Shown here in pieces: positions 1 through 22,752 of a stretch of 64,000 bases of DNA. This DNA comes from the human T2T-CHM13v2.0 reference genome, Homo sapiens: assembly GCF_009914755.1 (NCBI RefSeq), contig NC_060947.1. One strand, written 5' to 3'. Position 1 is the first letter of the stretch. The number at the start of each line of letters is the position of its first letter. A model generated the notes under the pieces. That model was not told the origin of the DNA. It saw nothing but the letters and a program-made list of their open reading frames with translations, and did not search any database. The translations under genes were made by a program, and so were the position numbers.

Positions 1-124
1 AGTGTTGGGATTATAGGCATGAGCCACCATGCCCAACCTATTTTTGTTATATATTTTCTATATGACGATTCCCTTATCCACTTTTCAGATACTTAACTGT
101 TGATCGGTTGTTCTGTCATTGCAG

Positions 125-245
125 CTGCCTTCTCAGATGGGCTCAGTGCTAAACAACTCTCTGCTGCTTCACTACATTAACTGTGTCAGAGATGAGCCAG
201 TCTTGCTGAGGTTTTATTACTGGTTGAGTCAAACATTACAAGAAG
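125..245 (+). CDS. CENPI: CENPI coding exon (LPSQMGSV...WLSQTLQE)
   Basis: tgcag acceptor at 123-124, gtaag donor at 246; 121 nt, phase 0 to 1; translation matches CENP-I as I recall it and continues in frame into the next exon. Confidence 0.95.
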
Positions 246-1390
246 GTAAGAATTGAGTGCGGATGGACCAAGATAGTTAACAAATGGGTTTCTTTTATAA
301 GGGTGCCAAATTCTAGACAGCAGGAGCCTTCATATGCTGTAATTATGTCTGTGGTAATCTTATATTTAGAGCATGAATGTTTCTGTTGTAATTTTAAGGC
401 AGTAAGAAGGTAGAGGGATTTTGTTAAGGAAACACTGCTAGATGGCCACCAAAACTCACTGGGTGGCTCCACTTTGATGACTATCACAATCCAAGGATTC
501 TTCATCTTTGTATGTTCAGAAACTTGCTGTTAGGGCCCCAGAATCATCCTGTTAATGGTAACGAAACTCAGAAGAGACAAATGTACAAGCCAGAATGTCA
601 GCTTATTATAAAATTAATTATTTCTGGTAAGCGAAATGCTCATATCTGCCAACTAGAGTATCCCCTCTGCTATCAGCATATATGGGAGCCAAATTTGTCA
701 TTAGAAGATTTCTTAATTATAGAATTAAAGGAAAGGGCAGTGAGAAGTCTTTCATCCAAGCCATAGTAAAGCCTGAGCATTTCATTCCTCCAATGGTGGG
801 GGTCGGTGGGGAGGGGCGGGTATATTTCTCTAGAGATAATATTTCTTTTGACCAAATTTGAGTGTTTCTTTACTGGATACTGGATAAGCAACTCCTGATT
901 CTTCTGGTGGTTAAAGTTGCTTTTAGTTGGTTCCAGGCCAATTCTTCTTCTTCTTCTCTGAATCTTTTAAACAGAATATGATATAGTTTATTAGATTTCC
1001 ATGTACTAAATTTGTATCACTCTTACATTATACCCAGCATACTCTAATTGAAGTTTAGGGTATTCTAAAACTTTCAATTCAGATGTTTGTACTTTCTTGG
1101 ATTGCTATGTGATATAAAGCTTATCATATTCATTATATGTGAATTCTCTCCATTTCTATAAGCTTTTCCCTATATTTACACTATAAGCTTTTCCCTATAT
1201 TACCAAGTTGTTGAGGAATATCTCACTATCATCTCCATGTGACTGTTCCAGTCTACATCATGAGTTAGCTAGGATGTATGAGACTTATGGCTTTTTTACT
1301 TTGTCACTTGTCACTTTAGTGATAATTATGTTTTGTGCACTTTTTTATTGTGGTACAACTAGATGCTTATATTTACTGTTTCTGCTCTAG

Positions 1391-1482
1391 AATGTATTTG
1401 GTACAAGGTGAATAATTATGAACATGGAAAAGAATTTACCAACTTCCTGGATACCATCATCAGGGCAGAGTGCTTCTTACAA
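1391..1482 (+). CDS. CENPI: CENPI coding exon (ECIWYKVNNYEHGKEF...ECFLQ)
   Basis: ctag acceptor, gtaag donor; 92 nt, phase 1 to 0. Confidence 0.95.
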
Positions 1483-1561
1483 GTAAGATTTCACTTGCTT
1501 CTTCCACTCTCCACCACTCTTTACTAAAATTTATTTAGATATCCATTGAAAACCTTTTCTT

Positions 1562-1862
1562 GCCCGGCTGCGGTGGCTCACACCTGTAATCTCAGCACTT
1601 TGGAGGCCAAGGCGGGTGGATCACTTGAGCCCAGGAGTTCAAGACCAGCTTGGGCAACACAGCAAAACCCCATCTCTACAAAGAATACAAAAATTAGCCA
1701 GGCATGGTGGCATGCATCTGTAGTCCCAGCTACTCAGGAGGATGAGGTAGGAGGATCACTTGAGCTCAGGAGGTCAAGGCTGCAGTGAGCCGTAATTGTG
1801 CCACTGCACTGCAGCCTGGGTTACAGAGTGAGATCCTGTCTCAAAAACAACAACAACAAAAA
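1562..1862 (+). mobile_element. Alu (AluJ-like)
   Basis: full dimer with A-rich tail; J-type gagcccagg/gaggctgcagtgag. Confidence 0.9.
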
Positions 1863-2404
1863 ACCCTTTTTTTTAGTACCTGACATCTTTTGTAAATAAT
1901 ATTTGTTCAGTTTGAAGCTCATTATAGATAAAGCTGAGTTTTATCTTTGCACTGTTAGATTTGAAGAAAGAATATGTTATATTATGCAAATAAAAGGGAA
2001 AAGCCTGTAATTTAAGAGAACAAACTGAAGATGTAATTAAATGTATTCAGTTAACTGAATTAGCCAGTAATGTAAATTTCATAGGGTCACTACTTATATT
2101 CTTACAATCAACAAACATTTTTTGAGCATCAGATATGTTCCAGCCAATGGACTATTTGGTTTGGGTAACCCTGAGTTGTATTTTAAGCTGCAGCTTGGGT
2201 ATCAGCACCATCAAGAAGCCTTCACTTATTGCCCAGTGTGGGTTAGCTCCTTGTTCTATGTGCTCCCATGGCTCCCTGTGCTTACCTCTATCGTGACATT
2301 TTTAGCATCCACACATTACGAGCTCCCAGCAGGCAGAAACCATGTCTAACTTTTCTTCATGTATAGATGTTCAGCTTGATTGATAAATGTTTGTGGAATA
2401 ATTC

Positions 2405-2722
2405 TTTGTTTTTTTTTAGACAAGGTCTTGCTCTGTTGCCCAGGCTGGAGTGTACTGGCACAATCATGGCTTACTGCAGCCTTGACCTCCTGGGCTCAAT
2501 TGATCCTCCCTGCTCAGTCTAGTTAGTAGCTAGGACTACAGGTGTGCACCACCACTCCTGGCTATTTTTTTGTTTGTGTGTTTGTTTTTTGTATTTTTTT
2601 TGTAAAAACGGGGATTTACCACGTTGCCCAGGCTGGTCTCAAACTCCTGGGCTTAAGCATTCCTTCTGCCTTGGCTTCCCAAAGTGCTGAGATTATAGGT
2701 GTGAGCCATCACACCCAGCCCA
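2405..2722 (-). mobile_element. Alu (AluJ-like)
   Basis: reverse-complement Alu dimer. Confidence 0.9.
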
Positions 2723-3599
2723 AGTTTTAGGGATTTGGTGTGAAACCATTTAATTGGAAGCTGGGTGCAGAGATGGTAGTGAGGATAGCAATTTAGGTTG
2801 ACGTTTATGTTTCCTACTTGGGAAGATGGATGGCATTCACTGAGAAAAGAAATATAGGAGGAGCAGTCTTGGAAGGAAAGATGTTTCACTTAAGAGATGC
2901 CTAATGGGACATCAAAGCGGTCATATCCAGTACGCAGTAAAATAATGAGTCTAGAGCTCAGGAATGAGATTTGAGCTAGAGATACAGATTTAGGACCCCT
3001 CATGTTAAAAGTGGTTTTAGCTATGATATGGATGAGATTGTCCAGAGAATTCATGTCATGAAAAGAAGGTCTTAGGATAGAGTCCTGGTGCATGTCACTG
3101 TGAAAAGCTTAGGTGACAATGGAAAAAAGGGAAGTCCCAGATCCTCACTCTGGTGGAAATATAAGCAACCTAGACATTTGAGCCTCTAAAGATGGAGCTG
3201 CTCAGAGTTGGGATTTGGTCTATGGCCTCTAATGAAATTCTAGCCCTATTACATAATATTGTATACATTTTATTGACTGTTCAAATTACTGCATGTACCC
3301 CAAGATAATAAATCTTATTTTTTTAAAAATATTCTATAACTTTTAACTTTCTTTCCAATTGATGAAGTTTTATGGTATTTGAGAACTGTATTGATAAAAA
3401 TGGTAATGTATGCAAATACTAATCATCTCATCCTTTTTCTGAGGAAGTCTGGCACCTAACTTAAGGCTTTTATTATATTCATGACAAAAAATTAGTCTAA
3501 GAGTGAAGCAACTATAGCACAAAATAAACTGGTTGTTTAGAGCATAATTTTATGACTGAAGAGTTCCATATAAGGATTTACTATTCACTTGTGTTACAG

Positions 3600-3717
3600 G
3601 AGGGGTTTTATTCCTGTGAAGCATTCCTGTATAAGAGCCTTCCTCTCTGGGATGGCCTTTGTTGTCGGTCACAGTTCCTTCAGCTTGTGAGCTGGATTCC
3701 TTTTAGTAGCTTCTCTG
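3600..3717 (+). CDS. CENPI: CENPI coding exon (EGFYSCEAFLYKSLPLWDG...PFSSFS)
   Basis: tacag acceptor, gtatgt donor; 118 nt, phase 0 to 1; overlaps ORF 3552..3767. Confidence 0.95.
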
Positions 3718-3801
3718 GTATGTATCATGAAAATTTGGAGTCATTTGATTCAACGTACTATGATTGAAAGGATTTTGAATAATCTTTTTTTTGATTCCTA
3801 G

Positions 3802-3866
3802 AGGTGAAACCACTTCTTTTTGACCATCTAGCGCAGCTCTTCTTTACATCAACCATTTATTTCAAG
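3802..3866 (+). CDS. CENPI: CENPI coding exon (EVKPLLFDHLAQLFFTSTIYFK)
   Basis: cctag acceptor after an 84-nt intron, gtaaca donor; 65 nt, phase 1 to 0. Confidence 0.95.
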
Positions 3867-5039
3867 GTAACAAAAACTTGTCTTGCTTAGATTCAATAGG
3901 ATGTATTATTCTATTGCTAGTGGTACACAATTCCAAACTGATATTACAGCAATGGTTTTATAACAGGATTTTCTTGGACCTGGGCTTTGAGGTACTGCAT
4001 CACTCAACTCAAAGTTAATGCATAGAATGTTCCTTTTTTAAGGCTGTGTTGCATACAGTTTTCCTGACCTGTTTCCACTTGTAGCAAATGACATAGTGAA
4101 CGAACAAGTGGCAGATGCATATTAATAAAAACAAACAAACTGAGAAATACTTAGTTTGATTGTTGTGGTTTATATTTTTGTAGATACATTTATTCATTTC
4201 ACAAATATTTTTTGAGCACCTACTAAATACCCTTCTTGACACTGGGAATATAGTAGTGACCAAAGCAAACAAAACTCCCTGTGACATTCATATTTTATAT
4301 TTATAGTAATAGTCGTTTTCTGCTAGTAAAATTGTTCCAACCTTATATATAATATGTTACTATTTTGGGGTGGTCTCCAAGAAGACCAATATGGCTTCCA
4401 GAAGTTCTACCTGAATGAGTTTGAGAGCCACTTTCTTATAGAATGGTTATTCCTATTCTAGAAGAGGGGCAATTAAGTAATTTTTCTTTTATAACTTTTT
4501 TTTTTAACCTTAAATCACTTACTGTTGGCCACATTGACAGGAAACATGTTGTCCTGGTTAGCGTTTGTCGTAATTGAATGGCACTTGATTAATTACCTAT
4601 CATATTAACTTGGATTTGAGGTCTATTTATGCTAATTGTAACTTTTACATCCTGACCAATATCATCATTCACATGACATCCACACCAATTCTCCCAGCTA
4701 ATAAGTTTTCAGAGACTTCAGTTTGAATTTTTTTTTTTTTTTTTTTTTGCAATTCTGTCTCAATCTTCTAATTGGGTTATTCTTTGTTTCTTCTCTTATT
4801 CTTCCACGCTAAAGAGCTGTTTAAACATTAGGCTGGACCATAGGAAATTGCTATTTTTTGTACGTCAGAGATGGTTAATGATTGGCAGTTGGCTGTGGTT
4901 CAACCTAATATGCATATACACATTCAGACACGTATATTTGAGAATGAGAGGGGTGGGGAGAGGAAGGAAGGAAGGAAGGGAACAGACAGCAAGCTAAAAA
5001 CAGAACTCGGGAATGCACAGTATTTAATTCTCAGGCCAA

Positions 5040-6990
<1,951 letters not shown>

Positions 6991-7106
6991 AGCCTAACAA
7001 ATTCAGCTTTTAGCAGTAGCTTGACTAATGAGGTTCTTTCTGTAGCTCACAAATTATTTGTAAACAATCTTAAGGCAATTTTTTTCCATGGCACTTGATT
7101 AAATAG

Positions 7107-7450
<344 letters not shown>

Positions 7451-8327
7451 TAAATCTGATTCCCTTCTTAAAGTAGGATTTATTTCTGATTTTATATTTA
7501 CCTTCTCAAAGAAGGGGCTTATATTCTGTTCCACATTAGCAGTGGGAAGCTTAGTATAGGACACTGCTTACTTCTAGTTGTTAAGGCGGGATAGATATGG
7601 AAATGTATTCAGAGGAAACAGTGTCCTGGTTTGGTGGTGAAGGAGAGCTAGGATATGATTAAGGTAAGAAGACAGAGAAAGCATACTTTGTAGAATATGA
7701 AGGTGTATGTTTAGGTTACCACAGAACAGAGGTTCTGGATACTGCAGTTGAGAGATTTGGAAAGGATAGGATCAATGAAAGAGGACAAGAAGCATAGAGA
7801 CAAGGAAGAATAAGTGACTAAAGGGGCTTACATATTGGGAGGTGACTAAGGATAACAGGAATGTGAAATATGGTAGAATTAGCTAAACGTTAGTTTCTGA
7901 GGCCTGTAGTAACTAGTTATTGCCTTGTTATTGTATAGCTTGATTACCCAGCTTAGTCTAATAAATGAATAGTATTTTTAAAGTCTATTAAAATATTTTC
8001 ACATTTTCAGTGCGTTTTGTTTGGGCCTGGTCAGTTATGCCTATCAGCAAACAACTTATTTTCACCGAAGAATTTTGCATGGGAAAGGCCCCACAAATCC
8101 ACACTAATGTTATATTTGTTTTAGAGTGTTAATTTTTCAATATCTGTCCTTATTGATTTATCATTTTCCATAGAGTTGCAAACATAGTGGACATAAAAAA
8201 TCAGAATACGTAATTAACATTGCATAATAATTTTCATGTTTCCACATAGTCGACATAATGTTGTTAATAGTGGCACTGTAGTCCTTAGTACCATAATTTA
8301 TTTAATAATTTATTATTATTTCTCTCT

Positions 8328-8617
8328 CTTTTTTTAGAGACAGGATCTTGTTCTGTTGCCCAGGCTGGAGCGCAGTGGCATGGTCATAGCTCACTGTAAC
8401 CTTGAACTCCTGGTCTCAAGGGATTCTCCCACCTCAGCCTCCCAAGTAGCTGAGACTACAGGCATGTGCCACCAAACCTGGCTAATTTTTAAAGTTTTTG
8501 TAGAGACAAGGTCTCGCTATGTTGCCCAGGCTGGTCTCGAACTTCTGGCTTCAAATGATCCTTTCACCTCAGCCTCCCAAAATGTTGGGATTACAGGCGC
8601 GAGCCACTATACCTGGC
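8328..8617 (-). mobile_element. Alu (AluJ-like)
   Basis: antisense Alu dimer. Confidence 0.9.
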
Positions 8618-9355
8618 CTCTATTATTTATTTCTAATTTGTTTCTTTTGTCGGAATAGATAACAGTCTCGAGCATCTTCATGATATAGATTTTTTTCTTA
8701 AACTCTTCCCTTGGCGTACATTTATAGGAGTGAGATTACTGGGTGAAAAGTAAGGTGCTGTTCCTTGGCTAATGGGATGTTCACTGCAAGTTCTTGGAAA
8801 GAAGGAGGATGCAGTGGATGGAGTGCTTAAATAACAAGAGTCTAGCAGCCATGGGAAAAGAATTGGGGTTTGGGAGATGATACTAGAATAAGGGAGACTA
8901 GCTAGGAGGATAAAATGACCTCAAAGGTATGAAGGCCTGGTCTTCACAGTTACAGTGGGATTGGGAAGGAAATGAATAAGTAAGACATTTTGAAGGAAAA
9001 AACATTGATAGAATATGGTGACTGAAGATAAAGTGTAAAGGATGCAAGATGACTTGAAGCTTTCCAACTTGAGATAGTAAATGAACTAGGGATATTTTGC
9101 CTGGAGGAAAAAAGGCTAAGATTTTCTGGTTCCCTTCCAATATTTGAAGGATTGTTACATGAAAGGAGATCTCTGTGTGGCTTCAAGAAACAGAGGTAGA
9201 TATAGGGCAGTATCTCGTAACAGGTAGAGCAGACTCATGACGGAATAAAGGACTTTCAGAGGTGATATATTTCTTGACAGTGGAGTAGGTCAGGCAGAGG
9301 TTTAATGGCTGTCTATTCAGGATATTTATGTAGAAAAGGTTCACATGTAGGGTAG

Positions 9356-12218
<2,863 letters not shown>

Positions 12219-12748
12219 CATCATTGTATGTTTTTGTATGTGATTGAGGCTTGGGAAATCAAGGCAAGGCCTGAGAAAAGAAAGACTAGAATTGCTTTTT
12301 TTTTCAAAGTCACAGAAGATAAGATAAATTTTTATGACCATCAAAAAGGTGGCAAATTGTAATTGTAGACCACAAGGTAAAAAGGGAGAGAAATTCATAT
12401 CTGTAGCAACTTCAAAAGTTCTCTGAGGGGGGATGATAAAGATGCTGTTTTTATTTGATGATGTAATAGTTGTTATAAATTGATGTAATTTAGAGAAAGG
12501 TCTGTTCTAGGCTGATAAGTTAGGCAGTCCTGTTGAGGTATGTTTCTTGTAGAGAAAATGGCAAAATAAACTTGTACTTGGCATTCGTCTGTCTTCTGGA
12601 GACTAATCATGGTGTAGAAGCAGCTGTTGGGTTCAAAATTGGATGTGGTCATCTCCATGGTCCTTTTCATCTCTAAGCCTCTGTTAGTTCTGAACACTGT
12701 TATGTCTGAATGATTTCATGAAATCTTTTTTCATTTTGTCCCCCTCAG

Positions 12749-12843
12749 TGTAGTGTGCTTCAGAGTCTGAAAGAGCTATTGCAGAATTGGCTGTTGTGGC
12801 TTTCTATGGACATTCACATGAAACCTGTTACAAACAGTCCTCT
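12749..12843 (+). CDS. CENPI: CENPI coding exon (CSVLQSLKELLQNWLLWLSMDIHMKPVTNSP)
   Basis: polypyrimidine tract + ctcag acceptor, gtgagt donor; 95 nt, phase 0 to 2. Confidence 0.95.
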
Positions 12844-13420
12844 GTGAGTTATCTAACGGTCTTCCACAAGAGACGATCTGTATACAAATGTTTGCATATG
12901 TTTAATAGTGTGGCGTGAAACAATTTTTTTCATGTAAATGCTTAGTAGTACTTTTTTGGAAGACTTTTTTGTGACTTTTCACTCTTCTTCCCCCACAATC
13001 CTGAAAGGAAGGCTAATTCTCTAAGTTCCTATTGTGTAAATCAGAAAGCAACCCTTATCTGCTAAATGACTTCTTTCAAGAGTTAATATAACAAAACACT
13101 AGAGAGATGAGACTAGAATTTGCAACTTTGACTTCCATTCAGTTTAACTCATTTTATAAATTATATTCTTATATTTAAAGCCAATTTTCATGATGGCTAG
13201 AAAAATCTCTAACGTAATTTTGCGTACAACTTTGTTTTTATGTTTCTGTGCTGTATTTTGGTTATATGTGTTAATTTATCTTAACTTTGGAGTTTAAAAT
13301 AAGAGCCCTAAATTGTTAAATGTGTGCTTTACCTTCAAAGTAAAAGTAAAAGACTAAATTTCAAGGAACTGCATAATCAGGTTGTTTTGACTCTTTCTAC
13401 CTAAAATCTTTGCCTTCTCC

Positions 13421-16767
<3,347 letters not shown>

Positions 16768-17148
16768 CTGAATTTTTCATGTCACTTTTATGTGAACTTT
16801 TTTTCTCCACTTAACTTTTAATGGAATACCTATTTTTTAATGGTTTTTATATATCTCACTTGAGAATTTTCATATCTGCTTGGAGCTTAATACTTTATTT
16901 CTCTGGTATTTACTAGTAGAGTCTGATTGCTTAGAATGTTCTATGAATTCGTCTTAATGGTTCCCTGGAGGGCTAAGTGTAGTTTTATGATTACTCACTG
17001 TGATTTTTTAAAAAGTGAATTATACGTTGGAGCACTGATAGTTTTTAAAATCCTCACCAACATTTTGCTTTATATTATTCAGCTTTAGCTTGGAAATTGT
17101 GAACACTATTGCTACTCTGTATCTGAATGTTATGGTTTCTTATTGCAG

Positions 17149-17284
17149 AGAGACAACTTTGGGTGGATCCATGAACTCTGTGTCTAAACTGATCCACTAT
17201 GTAGGGTGGCTATCCACTACTGCAATGCGCTTGGAGAGCAACAATACTTTCTTGCTGCACTTTATTTTGGATTTCTATGAGAAG
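17149..17284 (+). CDS. CENPI: CENPI coding exon (ETTLGGSMNSVSKLIHYVGW...DFYEK)
   Basis: tgcag acceptor, gtagta donor; 136 nt, phase 2 to 0. Confidence 0.95.
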
Positions 17285-17710
17285 GTAGTACACATTACAT
17301 TTTCCCCATTTGGATTTATGTGAAGGCTATCCACTTTATTGGCTTATTATTTAAATTTCATGCACAACCATTAAGGTGGGCTATGATCTTATTAGCATCA
17401 TTAAAATAACCTCACATTTTGAAGTTCATGATTATTTTCTCACCAGAATAACTGACTTTCATAAACAAAGTGGAAAAACAATTGCTTTTATTTAGGGCCA
17501 GGTACCACTACATTGACCTGTGTTAATACTGGCCCTAGAGAGAAGTCTATTGTTAGCATTATTTTTTGTTCATCCCATTCCCAACTCCTGGCAGAAACCA
17601 AAAATATCTTGTTGTTTCTTCAGATCTCCATTTCTACCTTTCAACTGCCTTACTTCTCTTGCTACCTAGTACGCTTTTATTGTTTTATAGTATATGACCT
17701 GGACAGAACT

Positions 17711-17790
17711 ATAGGTTGGTGCAAAAGTAATTGCAGTTTTTGCCATTGAAAACAATAGCAAAAACTGCAGTTACTTTTGCACCAATTTAA
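17711..17790. mobile_element. MADE1 (Hsmar1-derived MITE)
   Basis: 80-bp palindrome taggttggtgcaaaagtaattgcagtttttgccatt...aatagcaaaaactgcagttacttttgcaccaatttaa in a TA context. Confidence 0.9.
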
Positions 17791-18237
17791 TATTATCCAT
17801 GAAGTATCCATTATAGTCTCACTTTTCCCAGCTTCCTCTCTTTACTAATACCTAGTTGTCTTGTGTTATGCATTTGCTTAGAAGCATGCTCCTTTGTTTT
17901 CTAGGTTGACAGCTAACTCACATGGTAAGTAAATATTATGGGACTTAAGGATAAAGAAATACTTCCTTAATCTACCCTGTCCCCCTAACTTTAAGACCTT
18001 TCCCCCCAAAAAATGAAAGATTTGAGTAATGGCCTTCTGGAAATAATCCTCTATAGTGTGGCTGATGTTTGGTGAAGTATATTTTAAGCCAGCTTGTAGT
18101 TGTTTATTTAGGAGTCAGGCATGTCCAAAGCTAATGTTATGTTATTGCTTATCTTGTACTGATGATTCTTTGGGTGAACTTAGTTGAGGAGTTCTGGGGA
18201 ATACTCTGTATACTGATGTTATCATTCTTCCTCCAAG

Positions 18238-18362
18238 GTGTGTGACATATATATAAATTATAACCTTCCATTAGTGGTATTGTTTCCTCCTGGGATCTTC
18301 TATTCTGCACTCCTCAGCCTGGATACCAGCATCCTGAACCAGCTGTGTTTTATTATGCACAG
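18238..18362 (+). CDS. CENPI: CENPI coding exon (VCDIYINYNLPLVVLFPPGIFY...FIMH)
   Basis: ccaag acceptor, gtacaa donor; 125 nt, phase 0 to 2. Confidence 0.95.
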
Positions 18363-18823
18363 GTACAAAGCCTTTTTACCATTTTATGAAACAGTGTATT
18401 ATAATTCTCTCTTCCTCTTTCAGCTATAATACAATAAATATTCCTACTCGTCTTCTGCCAGGGCCTCTGGAAATAGGAAATGTGGCTTGCTTTTGGACAT
18501 GACCTTCCGATATGGGGCCATGGTAGCTGTGTTTTTTAAATCCTCCACTGCTGTGGCTACAGAATAAAAAAAAATTCATAGTTAAGGACTTGTTGTGCAA
18601 TGGTACTGTTGCACTCAGCATTGTTCATTCTAATTGCTGTGTCTTCAGGAAAAATTAGTCATTTGGTGATAATTGCTTGAAGTGTTTGTAGCTTCTCTGG
18701 TAAAAATAACATTTTCTGGGCGATAAGGGGAGCTATTGCCAATTATATGAAACTGTAAGTATTATTTCTGGTCTCCTCTAATTCTTTCACTTGTGGACTG
18801 AAATTACTTTCTTCAGTCCATAA

Positions 18824-19184
<361 letters not shown>

Positions 19185-19301
19185 TAGTTGTTAATAGTTC
19201 TCAGACAAGAATTTCCTGTTTATCCTTTCTGCTGCACCTTTTTTTTACATTAGGAAAACATGTTCTATATCAGTGACTGACTGCTTTTGAGCCTCTGTTA
19301 A

Positions 19302-19560
19302 TTTTTTTTTTATTATTTTACTTTAAGTTCTGGGATACATGTGCAGAACGTGCAGGTTTGTTACATAGGTATACATGTGCCATGGTGGTTTGCTGCACCT
19401 ATCAACTCATCATCTAGGTTTTAAGACCTGCATGCATTAGGTATTTGTCTCAATGCTCTTCCTCCCCTTGACCCCCGACCCCCGACAGGCCCCAGTGTGT
19501 GATGTTCTCCTCCCTGTGTCCATGTGTTCTCATTGTTCAACTCCCATTTATGAGTGAGAA
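19302..19560 (-). mobile_element. L1PA 3' end fragment
   Basis: ttaagttctgggatacatgtgcagaacgtgcaggtttgttac...tatgagtgagaa, antisense L1PA 3' UTR. Confidence 0.85.
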
Positions 19561-19847
19561 CTCTATTACATTTTTAATAGTGAAACATTGAAAGCATTTT
19601 TCATTGCTTATTTTTTATTTAGTCAACTACACATCTTAAGTGTACAACTTATTGAGCCTCTATTTTCACTTGAGGAGAATGTATCACAAAAGGATAAAAT
19701 CCTTAACTAGACAACTGGATATTTGTGTATATGCACATTTGCATATATTTACATTTAAAATGTATGTTTTTTTTAAATTTTACCATTTCAAAGGCATTAT
19801 ATTCAAAGGCATGTTAAATGTTTCATTCTGTTTGTTTTTTCTGTTAG

Positions 19848-19896
19848 ATATCGTAAAAATTTGACTGCCGCAAAGAAAAATGAGTTGGTACAAAAG
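19848..19896 (+). CDS. CENPI: CENPI coding exon (YRKNLTAAKKNELVQK)
   Basis: gttag acceptor, gtatga donor; 49 nt, phase 2 to 0. Confidence 0.93.
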
Positions 19897-20027
19897 GTAT
19901 GAATGAGAAAGCTCTGTGTTAAATCACTGTTGTTTAAAAATTAAGTCTAGATATATATGACCTGATGGGAGTAAGAAGGAAAGGGAGAATAGGTGATAGT
20001 GACAATTTTTTATTTCTTTCCCATTAG

Positions 20028-20246
20028 ACAAAATCAGAGTTCAATTTCAGCAGCAAGACTTATCAAGAATTTAATCACTATTTGACATCAATGGTTGGTT
20101 GCCTGTGGACGTCCAAACCCTTTGGGAAAGGAATATATATTGACCCTGAAATCCTAGAAAAAACTGGAGTGGCTGAATATAAAAACAGTTTAAATGTAGT
20201 CCATCATCCTTCTTTCTTGAGTTACGCTGTTTCCTTTTTGCTACAG
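20028..20246 (+). CDS. CENPI: CENPI coding exon (TKSEFNFSSKTYQEF...AVSFLLQ)
   Basis: attag acceptor, gtaagg donor; 219 nt, phase 0 to 0. Confidence 0.95.
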
Positions 20247-21266
20247 GTAAGGGTATTTAAAGAATTTTTAGATTTTGTATCTTAATACTGTGGTGGCAGA
20301 AATAGGAAGTGCCATAAATTTAATGTGTCTGAATTGTAAGACGTGTGTTTAGTAATTTTTTTTAAGTAACAACTAAATTTTGGGCATTGTGCTAGGCTCA
20401 GGGATTCCAGTTAATTTAAGTAAGTTTCTGTCCTCTAAGAGAGCTTGAGCTTGTAACAGAGACAGACTTGTAAACAAATTACTATAATACAGTGTGGCAA
20501 AATGAGAAAAGGTTCAGTTGTAAGAAAGATGGGGGAGTGATTAGTCCAGTCCTGCCTGGGTAGAGGTGGTGCCATGTAAGGAAACGCTTCATAGATGTGG
20601 AAGCTCTCATAAAATCCTTCTAGACAAGATAGAATATGTAGGTTAGTTAATAGTACAATTAGAGTCTTAGTCAAAGACTGCTGATTTAATGGATTGATAT
20701 CAATATGCAGGCAGGTGGAGGAGGGTTTATGTTTGTGTGTGTCCTTTCAGGACTTCATTCTCAGCCCTGTCACTTTCAACATTATGTGTGTGTGACATGG
20801 AGAAGAACTCAAATGGTGGTATCTGAAATGCATGGATGAGACAACAGGGTGGAATTACAAATACCCTGAAAGAATTTGGACTCAGGATTCCCTTAACAGA
20901 CGGGAACATTGAGAAATCTAACAAAATGAAAAAAAAGTGTGCAGGGTGGGGGAGATATTCATTGAATAAATTTTAATATATGTATACAATGAACCAGGCA
21001 CTACAGTGAATAAGACACTCTGAGTGTTGTCCTCAGAGAGCTTAACATCTAGTCAGGGAGGCAGTCATTAAACAGACATCTTAGAAAAAACAATAATAAG
21101 TGATGTAATAGGGGAAAGTATAGAGGATGATGAAAAAATATAAAGGGGCGCTAAGTTCAGGATTTGCAGAAATGATGCTGATTGGAATTTTGAAGCACGA
21201 ACATGAGCTTGTCAAGATAGGAGCAGAGTTTGAGGAAAAGTACAAAGATGCAGAGCAAAGATAGAA

Positions 21267-21491
21267 CAGAAGTCAGCAGACTTTTCTTGTAGAGGGCCAG
21301 ATTGTAAATATTTTAGATTTTACAGGCCACGTGGTCTGTGTCAAGAGTACTCAACTTTATCATTGTAGCATGAAAGCAGCTGTAGACAAAGCATAAACAG
21401 ATGGCTATAGTTGTATTCCAGTAAAAAATTTATTTACAAAACAGGTGTTGAGCTAGAGTTTGGGCTTTGGGCCGTGGTTGGCTGAACTCTG
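21267..21491. mobile_element. MER58A-like hAT-Charlie MITE
   Basis: agggccagattgtaaatattttag...caggccac...gaaagcagc...tttatttacaaaacagg motifs. Confidence 0.7.
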
Positions 21492-21542
21492 TGTTAGAGC
21501 CTGTCATGTTTGAGGAACATGAGGCAGAATTGTAGGGCTAGA

Positions 21543-22022
<480 letters not shown>

Positions 22023-22323
22023 GCTAGACTATAACATGATAGGAGATGAGGTTTTGAAATGTAGTCAAGGACTAGATGCTGAGGAAAATAATACATAAGC
22101 CTCTGAAACCATATTGATTGATTAGAATATTTGAATAAGAATTATATTTTTTAACTACGTAGAAGAATTTCAGAGACATTATAGTGATTTTCTGATATTT
22201 CTTGTCTTTTTCTCTTTTCTTACCTTCATAATAACTTGATTTATCATACAATATACAATAACCTGTGTCAAATTAATAATATTAATGTTACTACTAATAT
22301 GAGGCTACTAGATGAAATTTTAA

Positions 22324-22752
<429 letters not shown>

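Noticed and set aside
7980-8290. Non-Alu intronic stretch with a few CpGs
   Set aside because: No exon compatible with the CENPI frame and no recognisable RNA-gene boxes; I cannot support a call.
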